DNA from: an uncultured Bacilli bacterium
Lineage (GTDB): Bacteria > Bacillota_I > Bacilli_A > RF39 > UBA660
Length of the DNA: 64,000 bases
Direction of reading: 5' to 3'
Assembly: GCA_934101595.1 (NCBI GenBank)
Contig: CAKORR010000001.1
Coordinates: 107,558 to 171,557 of the forward strand
Positions 38,628-48,356 of this stretch are shown here, piece after piece. How positions within the stretch are numbered: the first letter of the stretch is position 1; each line of letters begins with the position of its first letter. Below the pieces are notes generated by a model. That model worked only from the letters and a program-made list of their open reading frames with translations, was not told where the DNA came from and did not search any database. Made by a program: the position numbers and the translations under genes.

Positions 38628-40484
38628 CTACATTATATCTCGTAACATTTCCGTATACTTCTTATTTAAACGATTAGCTAGATCTTGTTTAGTTATTACT
38701 CCATCGCCATCCACGTCTAAACCCCTATTATAAGAATAATAGCTTTCGCCTTTGACACATAAAGTATTTTTCTTGGCTCTACCTGGTAAGAACATAACCG
38801 CATATAATGTACCAGCATCTAATTCTTCGCCATTTTTGTAAGGACTAGCGCTTTTAATATATTTTTCAACTAAATCAAGTTGATCTGTTGCGGACATATT
38901 GGCTATCTGTTCAGTCGTGTAACCAAGATTACGAGCAGTGCTTGGCATAAATTGGATAAGGCCAACAGCTCTACTACTGCTTTCAATATGAGATGGATCA
39001 AGAGCACATTCTGAATACATAAGAGCAAGTAAATCATTTGGATCACAATTAACATTTTTAGCGACTTGTTCTAGTTTAGCACTAAATCCTGGCTCGAATC
39101 TGTCATCCAAACAACTTGCTAAAGCACTATCTAATACTTCTACTTTAGGAGAGCTAGTATTAGTACTTGTCTGAGCCGCGGATACTCCTTTTTCATTTGC
39201 TCTTTTATGGGCAGCTTCATTTCTATCTTTAGTTGCTTGTTCTCTTTCACTAATTTCCTTAGTATCACTTTCTTTAGATACAGCTTCTTTAACTTCTGTT
39301 TTTTCTTTAACCTCAGATTTTTTATCATCCTTACCAGATTCTGTTTCGTCAGTCTTTTTAGTTGCCACACTAACAGAACCAATGGCTGCAGCACCAATTA
39401 CGCCTTCAAATACTGGAGGGTTAATATCAAATGCTTCCTCTTCTTTTTCCTCAAACTTAAGACCTGTATATTTGCTAATAACATCTGCGGCACTTACAGG
39501 ATCATTACTTTCTTCTTTTTGACCTGGAATTGTAAGCACTTGTCCAGGATATATCAAGTTTGGATTATCGATCTTATCAGCGTTTGCTTCATAAAGCTCT
39601 TTCCAGTCAATTCCATATTTCGCTGCAATTTTAATTAAATAGTCACCTTTTTCAACAACATATGTTCCGTGATTAGAAGATGTACTATCACTACTAGTCC
39701 TTTTTCTTTCTTTAGCATATTCAAAGTCATTACGATATTCAAATTGTTTAATCTTGGCAAAATGATATTTTAACAAATTTAATTGGCGAGTTGCTTCATC
39801 AAGACATTTTTTAATATTAACTTTTATATTATTACACGCTGAATAGAAAAAACCACTAACTTGATAATCACTAGAAGATAAATCGTCATTGCCACTTGGA
39901 ATTTGAAAATCACTTGACCTCATGGAATTCATATTCAACATTTGCATATTTAAATATTTTACTATATTATTTAAGGGCTCAATGACTTGCTTCTCAAAAG
40001 TTGCTAAGTTTATCTCATATTTATCTGAATTATAGTTTTCCCATGGAGTAACCTCTATTTCCACAATTGGAGTTAAAACAGAAACTATTTCTTCTTTCTT
40101 TTTGATGATTTTCTTTTTTAATTCTTTAAGTGTCGAAGATATTATAATCTTTTGTTGAGCCAACATATAAACGTCCGCATGATCTTTATATGCAATTTCT
40201 TCATCTATAGTTTTGCACGCTTTGTATTTACTTTCATAAGATAACTTTAGGGCAAGTAAACCATCGGTTGGATTCATTACTAAATCAACCGCTTTGCTAT
40301 AATCTTTTAGCTGGTACATAATGCCTTCATTTTGGATATAGCTCAACATTCTATCAATAATATAGCATCTCCGCTTTAATTCAGCTGCTCTTTTTCCGTA
40401 AAACATCAAAGTTGCCGGATTAAATCTTTTAGATATCTGATATGCAAGAAAAATATTATTTGTATCTATTTTTACTTTAACCAT
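38628..40484 (-). CDS. LXG-like N-terminal domain + LysM + family-1 lytic transglycosylase (SLT) (candidate effector H)
   Basis: 618 aa with no signal peptide. N-terminus has ...LMFYGKRAAELKRRCYII (compare F-x-G-K-x-A-x-x-I-K of LXG domains). LysM at YVVEKGDYLIKIAAKYGIDWKELYEANAD...GQVLTIPG, then a K/E-rich low-complexity linker. The C-terminal SLT domain is about 70% identical to that of 25274-26167 (MYSECALDP...AVGLIQFMPSTARNLGY). Confidence 0.65.
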   Translation of the reverse strand: MVKVKIDTNNIFLAYQISKRFNPATLMFYGKRAAELKRRCYIIDRMLSYIQNEGIMYQLKDYSKAVDLVMNPTDGLLALKLSYESKYKACKTIDEEIAYKDHADVYMLAQQKIIISSTLKELKKKIIKKKEEIVSVLTPIVEIEVTPWENYNSDKYEINLATFEKQVIEPLNNIVKYLNMQMLNMNSMRSSDFQIPSGNDDLSSSDYQVSGFFYSACNNIKVNIKKCLDEATRQLNLLKYHFAKIKQFEYRNDFEYAKERKRTSSDSTSSNHGTYVVEKGDYLIKIAAKYGIDWKELYEANADKIDNPNLIYPGQVLTIPGQKEESNDPVSAADVISKYTGLKFEEKEEEAFDINPPVFEGVIGAAAIGSVSVATKKTDETESGKDDKKSEVKEKTEVKEAVSKESDTKEISEREQATKDRNEAAHKRANEKGVSAAQTSTNTSSPKVEVLDSALASCLDDRFEPGFSAKLEQVAKNVNCDPNDLLALMYSECALDPSHIESSSRAVGLIQFMPSTARNLGYTTEQIANMSATDQLDLVEKYIKSASPYKNGEELDAGTLYAVMFLPGRAKKNTLCVKGESYYSYNRGLDVDGDGVITKQDLANRLNKKYTEMLRDIM

Positions 40485-40492
40485 ACCTTCAC

Positions 40493-40810
40493 CTACTTTA
40501 CTGATTGTCCAATTGCGTCATCAGTTTCTTCAACTTGACCGCAGGCGTCTTTTATAAATTTTATTAATCCATCGAAATCACTTTCAACATTATCTAAAAT
40601 TGCTCCAGAGTTTTCATTTTTAGCAAAAAATTGAGCTATTTTCTCTGCAAAAATAGCAGATTTTGGACCAAGCCAATAATCGCTGGTTATTTTTTCATAT
40701 GATTGCTTTATAACATTAATATCAGTTAAAATTTCATTTTTCTTAGCGTTTAAAACATCTGCTTTGGCTAATAGTCTATCATAATCGACCATTTGGGTAT
40801 TATCGTTCAT
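40493..40810 (-). CDS. WXG100-like small helical protein (W-L-G-P-K-S subtype)
   Basis: 105 aa with a central SDYWLGPKSAIFAEKIAQFF. Confidence 0.6.
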   Translation of the reverse strand: MNDNTQMVDYDRLLAKADVLNAKKNEILTDINVIKQSYEKITSDYWLGPKSAIFAEKIAQFFAKNENSGAILDNVESDFDGLIKFIKDACGQVEETDDAIGQSVK

Positions 40811-40822
40811 TTCTTCACCTAC

Positions 40823-41095
40823 TTATTGATCTATTTTTTGGTAACCTTGCATAGTTTTTTCTAAATAATTATTAAAATCTTCAAAACAGGTTACCAATTT
40901 TCTTAAATATTTTTCTGTTTTACCATTAATATGATTGTCATATTCCTCTTGATATTTGCCTTTCCATTCACCATTAGAAATGGCATCGTTTAACATAGAA
41001 TCAATACTAAGTTGTAGTTGTGAAATATATCTTTTAATAAGATTAATTTCATTTCTAATTTCAGTATAATGAACAGAAACCTTCTCATTATTCAT
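40823..41095 (-). CDS. small helical WXG100-like partner protein (W-K-G)
   Basis: The track ORF extends to 41197, but the likely start is ATG at 41093-41095 (MNNEKVSVHYTEIRNE...), preceded by AAGGTG. 90 aa with a central GEWKGKYQEEY. The 5' extension would overlap the mutS terminator. Confidence 0.5.
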   Translation of the reverse strand: MNNEKVSVHYTEIRNEINLIKRYISQLQLSIDSMLNDAISNGEWKGKYQEEYDNHINGKTEKYLRKLVTCFEDFNNYLEKTMQGYQKIDQ

Positions 41096-41182
41096 TCTAT
41101 CACACACCTTACTATAATAATAATAGCATATTATTATTCGATTTTTTAATTTATACTTACATTTAATGTAAATAATATGTAT

Positions 41183-41209
41183 ATAAAAAAGAAACATTTT
41201 TAATGTTTC
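41183..41209 (-). terminator. intrinsic terminator overlapping the mutS stop codon
   Basis: Minus-strand hairpin GAAACAT-TAAAA-ATGTTTC followed by TTTTTT. Confidence 0.5.
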
Positions 41210-43755
41210 TTTCTCTCTTCTTTAAGTTTATATAATATATTTAAGGCATCAATTGGGGTTGTATTTAAAATATCAAGTCTATCTATTTCTTCTAAAATTT
41301 TGTTAGATTCTTGTAAGGTATTATCAAAAGACATAGACAATTGAACATTATTTTCTTTTTTCTTTTTAGTTGGATTATTCTCGTATTTTTTTAATATTTC
41401 ATCAGCTCTTTTGATAAGTTCATCTGGCATGCCCGCAAGTTTAGCTACATGAATACCATAGCTTTTATCAATGGCACCATCTTTGACTTTATGCAGAAAA
41501 ACTATTTTTTCATTTTCTTCATAAGCTCTAACATGAACGTTTTTAATAGATGGATAAACTTTTTCTAATGACGTAAGTTCATGGTAATGAGTTGAAAATA
41601 ATGTTTTACAACCTATATGTTTAGTAATATATTCAAGTATTGCTTCGGCAAGGCTCATTCCATCGAATGTAGCTGTACCTCTACCTAACTCATCAAAAAG
41701 TATTAAACTATTTTTGGTAGCGTTTACTATAGCATTTTTTGCCTCGGTCATTTCAACCATGAATGTAGATGATCCACTAACTAAATCATCACTGGCTCCA
41801 ATTCTAGTAAAAATCTGATCTATTAGGGGCAATGTCGCACTTTTAGCTGGGACAAATGAGCCCATTTGAGCCATTATAACAATAATTGCAAGCTGTCTCA
41901 TGTATGTTGATTTACCTGACATATTTGGACCGGTTATTAATAAAGTATTTATATTGCTATCCATAACGATATCATTAGGAACATACTCATCTTTAATTAC
42001 TTTCTCTACAACAGGATGCCTTCCATCACGAACGATTAATTTAAATTCATCTGAAAAGGTTGGACGTACAAAGTTGTATTCTTCCGCACAATGAGCTAGT
42101 GATGTTATGGCATCTAATTCACTAATTATGTATGCAGCTTTTTTTAAATCTAAAATTTCACTTTTAATTTTGTCTTTAATTTCTAAAAACAAATTATATT
42201 CTAACTCAATAATATTTTCTTCAGCGTTTAAAATAAGTGATTCTTTTTCCTTTAAAAGTGGCGAAATATATCTTTCACAATTACTTAAAGTTTGTCTTCT
42301 TTCCCATTTGAATTCATCTTTTACGTAACTGGCTTGACCTTTAGATACTTCTATGTAATATCCAAATACTTTGTTATAGCCAACTTTAAGATTTTTTATC
42401 CCTGTTTGTTCTTTAACCTCTTTTTCAAAATTAGCTAAAAAGTCTTTTCCTCCACTACGAACTTTTTTTAATTCATCTAATTCTTTATTATAGCCATCTT
42501 TTATTAAATATCCCTCTTTTAGAGAAACTGGAGGATTTTCATAAATACCTTTTTCTAGTAATTCATATAAATTATCAAACGTTTTAAATTCATAGTTAAA
42601 TTTTAAATCTTTAATTATTTTACTAATATCAGGAAATACTTTTAAACTAGTTTTTAATTGTAACAAATCACGAGCATTTATATTTCCACAAGTGATTTTT
42701 CCACACAATCTTTCTATATCATAAACCATGTCTAATTTATTTCTTAATTCATCTTTTAAAATAAACTCATTATTTAAAGTTTCAATTTTATCATAACGTT
42801 CATTAATTAAATTAACATTTTTTAATGGATTAAGTAACCAATTTTTTAAAAGACGACTGCCCATCGCTGTTTTAGTTTTATCAATCAACCAAATTAGCGA
42901 ATATGTTCTTTCTTTTAAGCGAAGAGTTTCCACAAGTTCTAGGTTTCTAATGGTATGAACATCCATTATTAGATAATCGTCTTTATTTATTACATTAACT
43001 TTATCGATATGATCAAGAATCTTTAACTCGCGTACTACTAGATAATACAAAAGATGCTTAACACCCATTTTAGCTCGTGCATCACTTACTGAATCAACTA
43101 TTTTTTCATACTTTTCTTCTAGAAATTTATCACTAATAGATACTTCAATTCCATAGTTGTTTTTAAGTGTATCTATAAGCTCTACCTGTAAATTATTTTC
43201 CAAAATAACTTCTTTAACATTTAGACTTAATAATTCACTAATTAACTTTGTCAAATCATGAGTAATAGATAAAGAATTAATAACTCCCGTCGAAATATCC
43301 GCGTAAGTAATCATATAGATATAATTAAAGTCAAGCACACTAGCAATGTAACTATTATCATGTTCACTTAGTAATTCATAGTCTGCAATAGTTCCCTTAC
43401 TTAATACTTCAACAACACCTCGTTTAACCATTCCTTTAGTTGTTTTAGGATCTTCCAATTGCTCACATATTGCAACTTTATATCCCTTATCAATCAACTT
43501 TTCAAGGTAAGGCTTTACTGAATGAAAAGGAACGCCACACATCGGAATTCGCTCAGAAAGTCCGGCATTTTTTCCAGTTAATGTTAATTCAAGTTCTTTA
43601 GATGCTGTTATACCATCTTCAAAAAAAAGTTCATAAAAGTCTCCCAAGCGAAAAAAAAGCAATTCTTCTGGATATTCGTTTTTAATTTCAATATATTGCT
43701 TCATCATTGGGCTTAATTTTTCAAAATCTACATCGTTTCTTTTCATATTTACCAC
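41200..43755 (-). CDS. mutS: DNA mismatch repair protein MutS
   Basis: 851 aa with an N-terminal mismatch-binding domain (...MKQYIEIKNEYPEELLFFRLGDFYELFFED...), Walker A GPNMSGKST, and a C-terminal HTH. Confidence 0.9.
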   Translation of the reverse strand: MVNMKRNDVDFEKLSPMMKQYIEIKNEYPEELLFFRLGDFYELFFEDGITASKELELTLTGKNAGLSERIPMCGVPFHSVKPYLEKLIDKGYKVAICEQLEDPKTTKGMVKRGVVEVLSKGTIADYELLSEHDNSYIASVLDFNYIYMITYADISTGVINSLSITHDLTKLISELLSLNVKEVILENNLQVELIDTLKNNYGIEVSISDKFLEEKYEKIVDSVSDARAKMGVKHLLYYLVVRELKILDHIDKVNVINKDDYLIMDVHTIRNLELVETLRLKERTYSLIWLIDKTKTAMGSRLLKNWLLNPLKNVNLINERYDKIETLNNEFILKDELRNKLDMVYDIERLCGKITCGNINARDLLQLKTSLKVFPDISKIIKDLKFNYEFKTFDNLYELLEKGIYENPPVSLKEGYLIKDGYNKELDELKKVRSGGKDFLANFEKEVKEQTGIKNLKVGYNKVFGYYIEVSKGQASYVKDEFKWERRQTLSNCERYISPLLKEKESLILNAEENIIELEYNLFLEIKDKIKSEILDLKKAAYIISELDAITSLAHCAEEYNFVRPTFSDEFKLIVRDGRHPVVEKVIKDEYVPNDIVMDSNINTLLITGPNMSGKSTYMRQLAIIVIMAQMGSFVPAKSATLPLIDQIFTRIGASDDLVSGSSTFMVEMTEAKNAIVNATKNSLILFDELGRGTATFDGMSLAEAILEYITKHIGCKTLFSTHYHELTSLEKVYPSIKNVHVRAYEENEKIVFLHKVKDGAIDKSYGIHVAKLAGMPDELIKRADEILKKYENNPTKKKKENNVQLSMSFDNTLQESNKILEEIDRLDILNTTPIDALNILYKLKEERKKH

Positions 43756-43803
43756 AAGTTTTATTATAACATAAAGATTAAAAAAAGTAACAATTTGTTA
43801 CTT

Positions 43804-44580
43804 TTATCTTCTTAATATCATAGCTATACTATCATTATATATTTCATTTCTATCATAATCATAACTACTATCAGTACTTTTATCTAAATAATATAATTCT
43901 TTATAAGCCTCTACTAATTCTTTTTCCTCTTTATAAGGAGTTACTTTTAAAGGATCATAGTTACTATATTTTAAATTAAAATCACCATAAGTATAATCAA
44001 ATCTATCTGCCCTAACAACTTTACAATAGTCTTTTAAAGCATTTAGAATAATTTCATATCCTTCATTATTTAAATAATGATTAATATAATTAATAGCACT
44101 CAAAACATTATTATCTTTCAAATATTCACAGTAAGTTTCTCTTTCTTTTTTAGAAAAACGACACTTTGATATTTCTTTTTCATTAGTATAAGCCCAATTT
44201 AATGCTTCATCAATTTCCATTTCCGATAACTCTTTTAAATTATCTTCATTTGTCATTTCCTCATAATAAGAAGTTTTTTTCTTAACTATTTCTAAAACTA
44301 TATCATTAAACTCGTTTGAATACCTAGCATATTTTAATACTTTATTAATTAAAGAAATACGTTCTTTATTAAAAACATAAGGAAACAAAGAAAGATCTGG
44401 GCTATAATAACAATCTTCTATTAATTCTTCAAAAGATGTGTATTCTTTTTCCTTACTTTTACATGCACTAGTTATTAAAAGTTGAGTAAATAAAAGAGAT
44501 ATGGCTATTACTTTTTTTAATTTCAATATAATCACCTTTTTTGCAAAGAATATATTAGCAGAGTGCGAATATAAAGTCAA
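43804..44580 (-). CDS. hypothetical lipoprotein
   Basis: 258 aa with an N-terminal ...LLFTQLLITSAC lipobox-like signal and a Y/E/K-rich sequence. True start uncertain. Confidence 0.45.
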   Translation of the reverse strand: MTLYSHSANIFFAKKVIILKLKKVIAISLLFTQLLITSACKSKEKEYTSFEELIEDCYYSPDLSLFPYVFNKERISLINKVLKYARYSNEFNDIVLEIVKKKTSYYEEMTNEDNLKELSEMEIDEALNWAYTNEKEISKCRFSKKERETYCEYLKDNNVLSAINYINHYLNNEGYEIILNALKDYCKVVRADRFDYTYGDFNLKYSNYDPLKVTPYKEEKELVEAYKELYYLDKSTDSSYDYDRNEIYNDSIAMILRR

Positions 44581-44583
44581 ATA

Positions 44584-45942
44584 TTACTTAATTTTTTCTA
44601 AAATTTCTTTGAAATGCATGCCATTACTAGCTTTTAATAAAATACAATCATTTTTATGTTTTATAGTATTTATAAACTCACTTGCTTCTTCATTTGTTTG
44701 AAAATGATAATTAGGTATTTTAACATATTTATTAATAATACTTGATTCTTTACCAACAGTTATCAAAACATCCAATTTAAGCATATTTATCTCTTTAGAA
44801 ATATTTTTATGAATCGTTTTACTATATTTTCCTAATTCAAGCATGTCTCCCAAAACGGCAATTTTTCTACCCTTTAAAGTGTCTAAATATTTCAAAGCCG
44901 CAACCATGGAATCATAATTAGCATTATATGTATCATCAATTATTGTAAAGCTACCCTTAATAATTTCCATACGGTTACTAGATAATTTAAAGTTTTCCAA
45001 GCCATTTTTAATTTTCTCTAAACTAATATTTAATACTTTTCCAACAGCTAGAGCACACAAAGCATTATATAAAAAGTGTTCTCCTCCAACAGGTACTAAA
45101 AAAGTTTGATCTTTATAATTAAACTTAGTATAATCCTCTTCTTTATCTATTTTAGAAGGCATTATATCTGACTTGTTATTTATTCCATAAGTTATAACAT
45201 CAATAGTTTTATTCTTACTGTTCCATTCATGCAATAAATCATTGTCATTATTAATTATTAAGGGGCCATTTAATCCGCTTAGTATTTCTAATTTAGCTTT
45301 TAAAATATTTTCACGACTCTTTAAGATTCCTATATGAGCGGTGCCTATGTTCGTAATTACCGCTACAGTTGGTTTAACAATATTTGATAAGACTTCAATT
45401 TCATGAGGATGATTCATGCCCATTTCCACAACTAAGGCCTCATGATCTTTTAGTTTTAAAATTGTCAAAGGAAGTCCTATATGATTATTATAATTACCGC
45501 TAGTATAAAGGGTTTTATATTCTTCACTGACTATTGACGAAACCATATCTTTTGTACTAGTTTTACCAACACTACCAGTTATGGCAATTACAGGTATATC
45601 ATATTTATTTCTTTTGTATAAAGCAATATCTTGTAAAGTTTTAATAGTATTATCTACGATTAAAATTGGAACATTTTTACTAATTATTTCTTCAGGTAGT
45701 TCTTTTTCGCTAATTATTAAAGATGCCTTTTTCTTAATTGCTTCCATAATAAAATCATGGCCATCGAAGTTTTCTCCTTTTATAGCAACATAAACGTCGT
45801 TTTCATTCATTGTTCTTGTGTCTTTTGAAAACTCGCCAAGTTCTATATCTTTTTTATTAAACAAAAAAGTATAATCAATATTGTTTATTATTTCCTCTAA
45901 AGTCATAATCCACCTCATATTAATTATACTATTGTTTTTCAT
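44584..45942 (-). CDS. murF: UDP-N-acetylmuramoyl-tripeptide--D-alanyl-D-alanine ligase
   Basis: 452 aa with the Mur ligase P-loop ITGSVGKTSTKDM and MurF domain order. Confidence 0.85.
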   Translation of the reverse strand: MKNNSIINMRWIMTLEEIINNIDYTFLFNKKDIELGEFSKDTRTMNENDVYVAIKGENFDGHDFIMEAIKKKASLIISEKELPEEIISKNVPILIVDNTIKTLQDIALYKRNKYDIPVIAITGSVGKTSTKDMVSSIVSEEYKTLYTSGNYNNHIGLPLTILKLKDHEALVVEMGMNHPHEIEVLSNIVKPTVAVITNIGTAHIGILKSRENILKAKLEILSGLNGPLIINNDNDLLHEWNSKNKTIDVITYGINNKSDIMPSKIDKEEDYTKFNYKDQTFLVPVGGEHFLYNALCALAVGKVLNISLEKIKNGLENFKLSSNRMEIIKGSFTIIDDTYNANYDSMVAALKYLDTLKGRKIAVLGDMLELGKYSKTIHKNISKEINMLKLDVLITVGKESSIINKYVKIPNYHFQTNEEASEFINTIKHKNDCILLKASNGMHFKEILEKIK

Positions 45943-48253
45943 TTTTAAATATTAAATTATATATTTCTTGATAATTTTTTACAGTTATAATACTTATGTT
46001 ATCAAGGATTCTCTTATCAAGTTCTTTTAAAATAGCTTTGTTTTCATCAGGTATGATAACAGTTTTAATATTGCTATTATAAGCCCCGATTATTTTTTCT
46101 TTTAAACCTCCTATTTTTAAAACGTCTCCTCTTAGCGATAACTCACCAGTCAAAGCAATATCTTTGGAAACCTTTTTTTTGGTAAACAAACTTATTAAAG
46201 ATGTTAATATAGCAACTCCTGCACTAGGTCCATCTTTTTTTTGACCACCTGATAAAAAATGAATATGAATATTTTTCTTATAAAAGTAGTTTTCATTTAT
46301 CTCATATTTATCTACATTAGCCTTTAAGTAACTAAGAGCTACATCAACACTTTCTTTCATAGAATCACCAAGTAAACCAGTTATTAAAACTTTTCCTGTT
46401 CCATCATACATAGTTGATTCAACTTGGGTAACCAATCCTTTTTGAGAAGTATAAGCAAGTAAATTTACAGTGCCAAAATAATTATTATTATTAATACTAT
46501 TATCAAACTTTTTCTCACCTAAATATTTAGGTAAATCATCTTTTTTTAAACTGATCTTTACTTGGGTTTTATTTAATAAAGACTCGGTAATTATTTTTCT
46601 AATTATTTTATCAAGCGATCTTTCAAGTTCTCTTACTCCAGCCTCGGAAGTATATGAATTAATTATATTTTTTATAATATCATTGTTAATTTTTATTTCA
46701 TTTTTTATTTTTACTTTTTGAAACAATCTTGGAATTATATAATTATTAGCAATGTCTATTTTTTCAAACTCAGTATATCCTGGAATTTCAATTATTTCTA
46801 ATCTATCACGTAGCGGTTCTGGGATTAAATTTAAATCATTAGCAGTTAAAATAAATAATACCTTTGATAAATCAAATTCTTCATCAATATAATTATCTAT
46901 AAATCTACTATTTTGATTACTATCTAAAATATCAAGTAAAGCACTAGCCGGATCACCCTTTATGTCTTTGACCATTTTATCAACTTCATCAATTAGAATA
47001 ACCGGATTAGCAGTTTTACATTTAATTAAAGCATTTACTATTTTTCCAGCACTAGCTCCAACGTAGGTTCTTCTATGTCCAATTAATTCTGCTGTGTCAT
47101 TTAACCCTCCAACACTTATCTTAGCAAAGCTTTTATTTAACGATTTAGCTATACTTTCAGCAAGGGTTGTTTTACCAACCCCCGGAGGTCCAACCAAACA
47201 TATTATGGGTGATGGAATAGAATCATTTCGCGTACTAACAGCAATATACTCTAAAATTCTATTTTTAACTTCAAGAAGAGCATAATGGGTATCATCCAAA
47301 GAATTTTTAATTTTTGTTAAATCTGTTTCATCAGTACTTTTAACATTCCAAGGTAAAAGAAGTATAGTTTCAAGATAGGTACGAACAATACTCATTTCAG
47401 GGCTTGCTTCTGAGATTAAAGCATAAGATTCAATTTCACCTTTTAATTTAATTTTAAGTTGCTCGCTAATTTCTAAAGTTTCTAATTTGTTTTTAAAGTT
47501 TTTAACATCTTCTTTTATCAAAGAATCTTCTTCATTTAATTCTTTTTTAATTTCTCTTAATTTTTCTTTTAAAAGATATTTCTTCTGAGCTTCATCCAAA
47601 TCATTACTTAACGATTCCTCTATTTTAGCATCTAATTTTAATACTTGAATCTCAAAGTTAATATCTTCAATTAAATTTTTAGCACGATACATAGCGTTTA
47701 TTTCTTGCATGTAAGTAAGCTTTTTTTCTATACTTAAAGGCAAAAATGAGGTTATCATATCTGTCATTGAAAATAGAGAACGGCACTTTTCTAATCTGCT
47801 AAAAATGCTGTTGGAAATATGAGGCGCAGCGTTAACGTAATTATTAAGCATTTCTTTTAGTTTTCTTTTAACTGCTTCTTCCTCGGAAGCATCATACTTA
47901 GGAATGTGAACACTTGTAATTATACTATCAAGGATTTCACTATCCTCATCATTATTTTTATATTCAATAACTGAGACTCTTTCTAAGCCCTTTAAAGTAA
48001 TCCTTAGATTATTATTTGGTAAAATTAATTTACTTACAATTTTACTTAAAACGCCCACAGTTGGCAAATCTGTAACATCAGGGCTTTCCTCTTTTTGATC
48101 AAGCGGACATACCACTAAAACTTTGCCTTCAGATTTTTTTAATGATTCACTCACTACTTTTTTTGTTATCTCATTATTAAGTTCAAGTTTTACTTCTTGA
48201 TTAGGCAAAATAACAAAGCTTTTTAATAGCATAACAGGTAGTTCATTACTCAT
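45929..48253 (-). CDS. lon: ATP-dependent Lon protease
   Basis: 774 aa with the Lon N domain, AAA+ Walker A GPPGVGKTT, and proteolytic domain (...DGPSAGVAI... Ser, ...K... dyad). Confidence 0.9.
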   Translation of the reverse strand: MSNELPVMLLKSFVILPNQEVKLELNNEITKKVVSESLKKSEGKVLVVCPLDQKEESPDVTDLPTVGVLSKIVSKLILPNNNLRITLKGLERVSVIEYKNNDEDSEILDSIITSVHIPKYDASEEEAVKRKLKEMLNNYVNAAPHISNSIFSRLEKCRSLFSMTDMITSFLPLSIEKKLTYMQEINAMYRAKNLIEDINFEIQVLKLDAKIEESLSNDLDEAQKKYLLKEKLREIKKELNEEDSLIKEDVKNFKNKLETLEISEQLKIKLKGEIESYALISEASPEMSIVRTYLETILLLPWNVKSTDETDLTKIKNSLDDTHYALLEVKNRILEYIAVSTRNDSIPSPIICLVGPPGVGKTTLAESIAKSLNKSFAKISVGGLNDTAELIGHRRTYVGASAGKIVNALIKCKTANPVILIDEVDKMVKDIKGDPASALLDILDSNQNSRFIDNYIDEEFDLSKVLFILTANDLNLIPEPLRDRLEIIEIPGYTEFEKIDIANNYIIPRLFQKVKIKNEIKINNDIIKNIINSYTSEAGVRELERSLDKIIRKIITESLLNKTQVKISLKKDDLPKYLGEKKFDNSINNNNYFGTVNLLAYTSQKGLVTQVESTMYDGTGKVLITGLLGDSMKESVDVALSYLKANVDKYEINENYFYKKNIHIHFLSGGQKKDGPSAGVAILTSLISLFTKKKVSKDIALTGELSLRGDVLKIGGLKEKIIGAYNSNIKTVIIPDENKAILKELDKRILDNISIITVKNYQEIYNLIFKNEKQ

Positions 48254-48356
48254 AATCTTGCCTCCTCAAGTTATTGGTTTTTATTATAAGTACTAAATCT
48301 TGTTTTGTAAACATAATTAGACATTTTTTGACACAAAAAAAGAAGCGATTGCTTCT

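Noticed and set aside
36841-40484. Interpretation of the LysM-M23 and LysM-SLT proteins as prophage tail lysins or as sporulation engulfment enzymes (SpoIIQ/SpoIID-like)
   Set aside because: - No phage structural, terminase or integrase genes occur anywhere in the window.
- The genes are embedded between mutS and nusB.
- SpoIIQ has an N-terminal TM and a degenerate M23, whereas here the M23 is intact and there is no TM.
- SpoIID uses a SpoIID-fold, not SLT.
- The WXG100/LXG context fits T7SS-type export better, though a phage or ICE origin cannot be excluded without the whole genome.
40823-41197. Long 124-aa version of the first gene of operon 2 (MFLFYIHIIYIKCKYK...)
   Set aside because: The N-terminal extension is junk-like, has no RBS, and would run through the mutS terminator hairpin. 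The internal ATG at 41095 has an AAGGTG RBS and gives a 90-aa WXG100-sized product. Analogous 5' trimming was applied to ileS (56618 to 56585) and to the phosphohexomutase (58122 to 58197).
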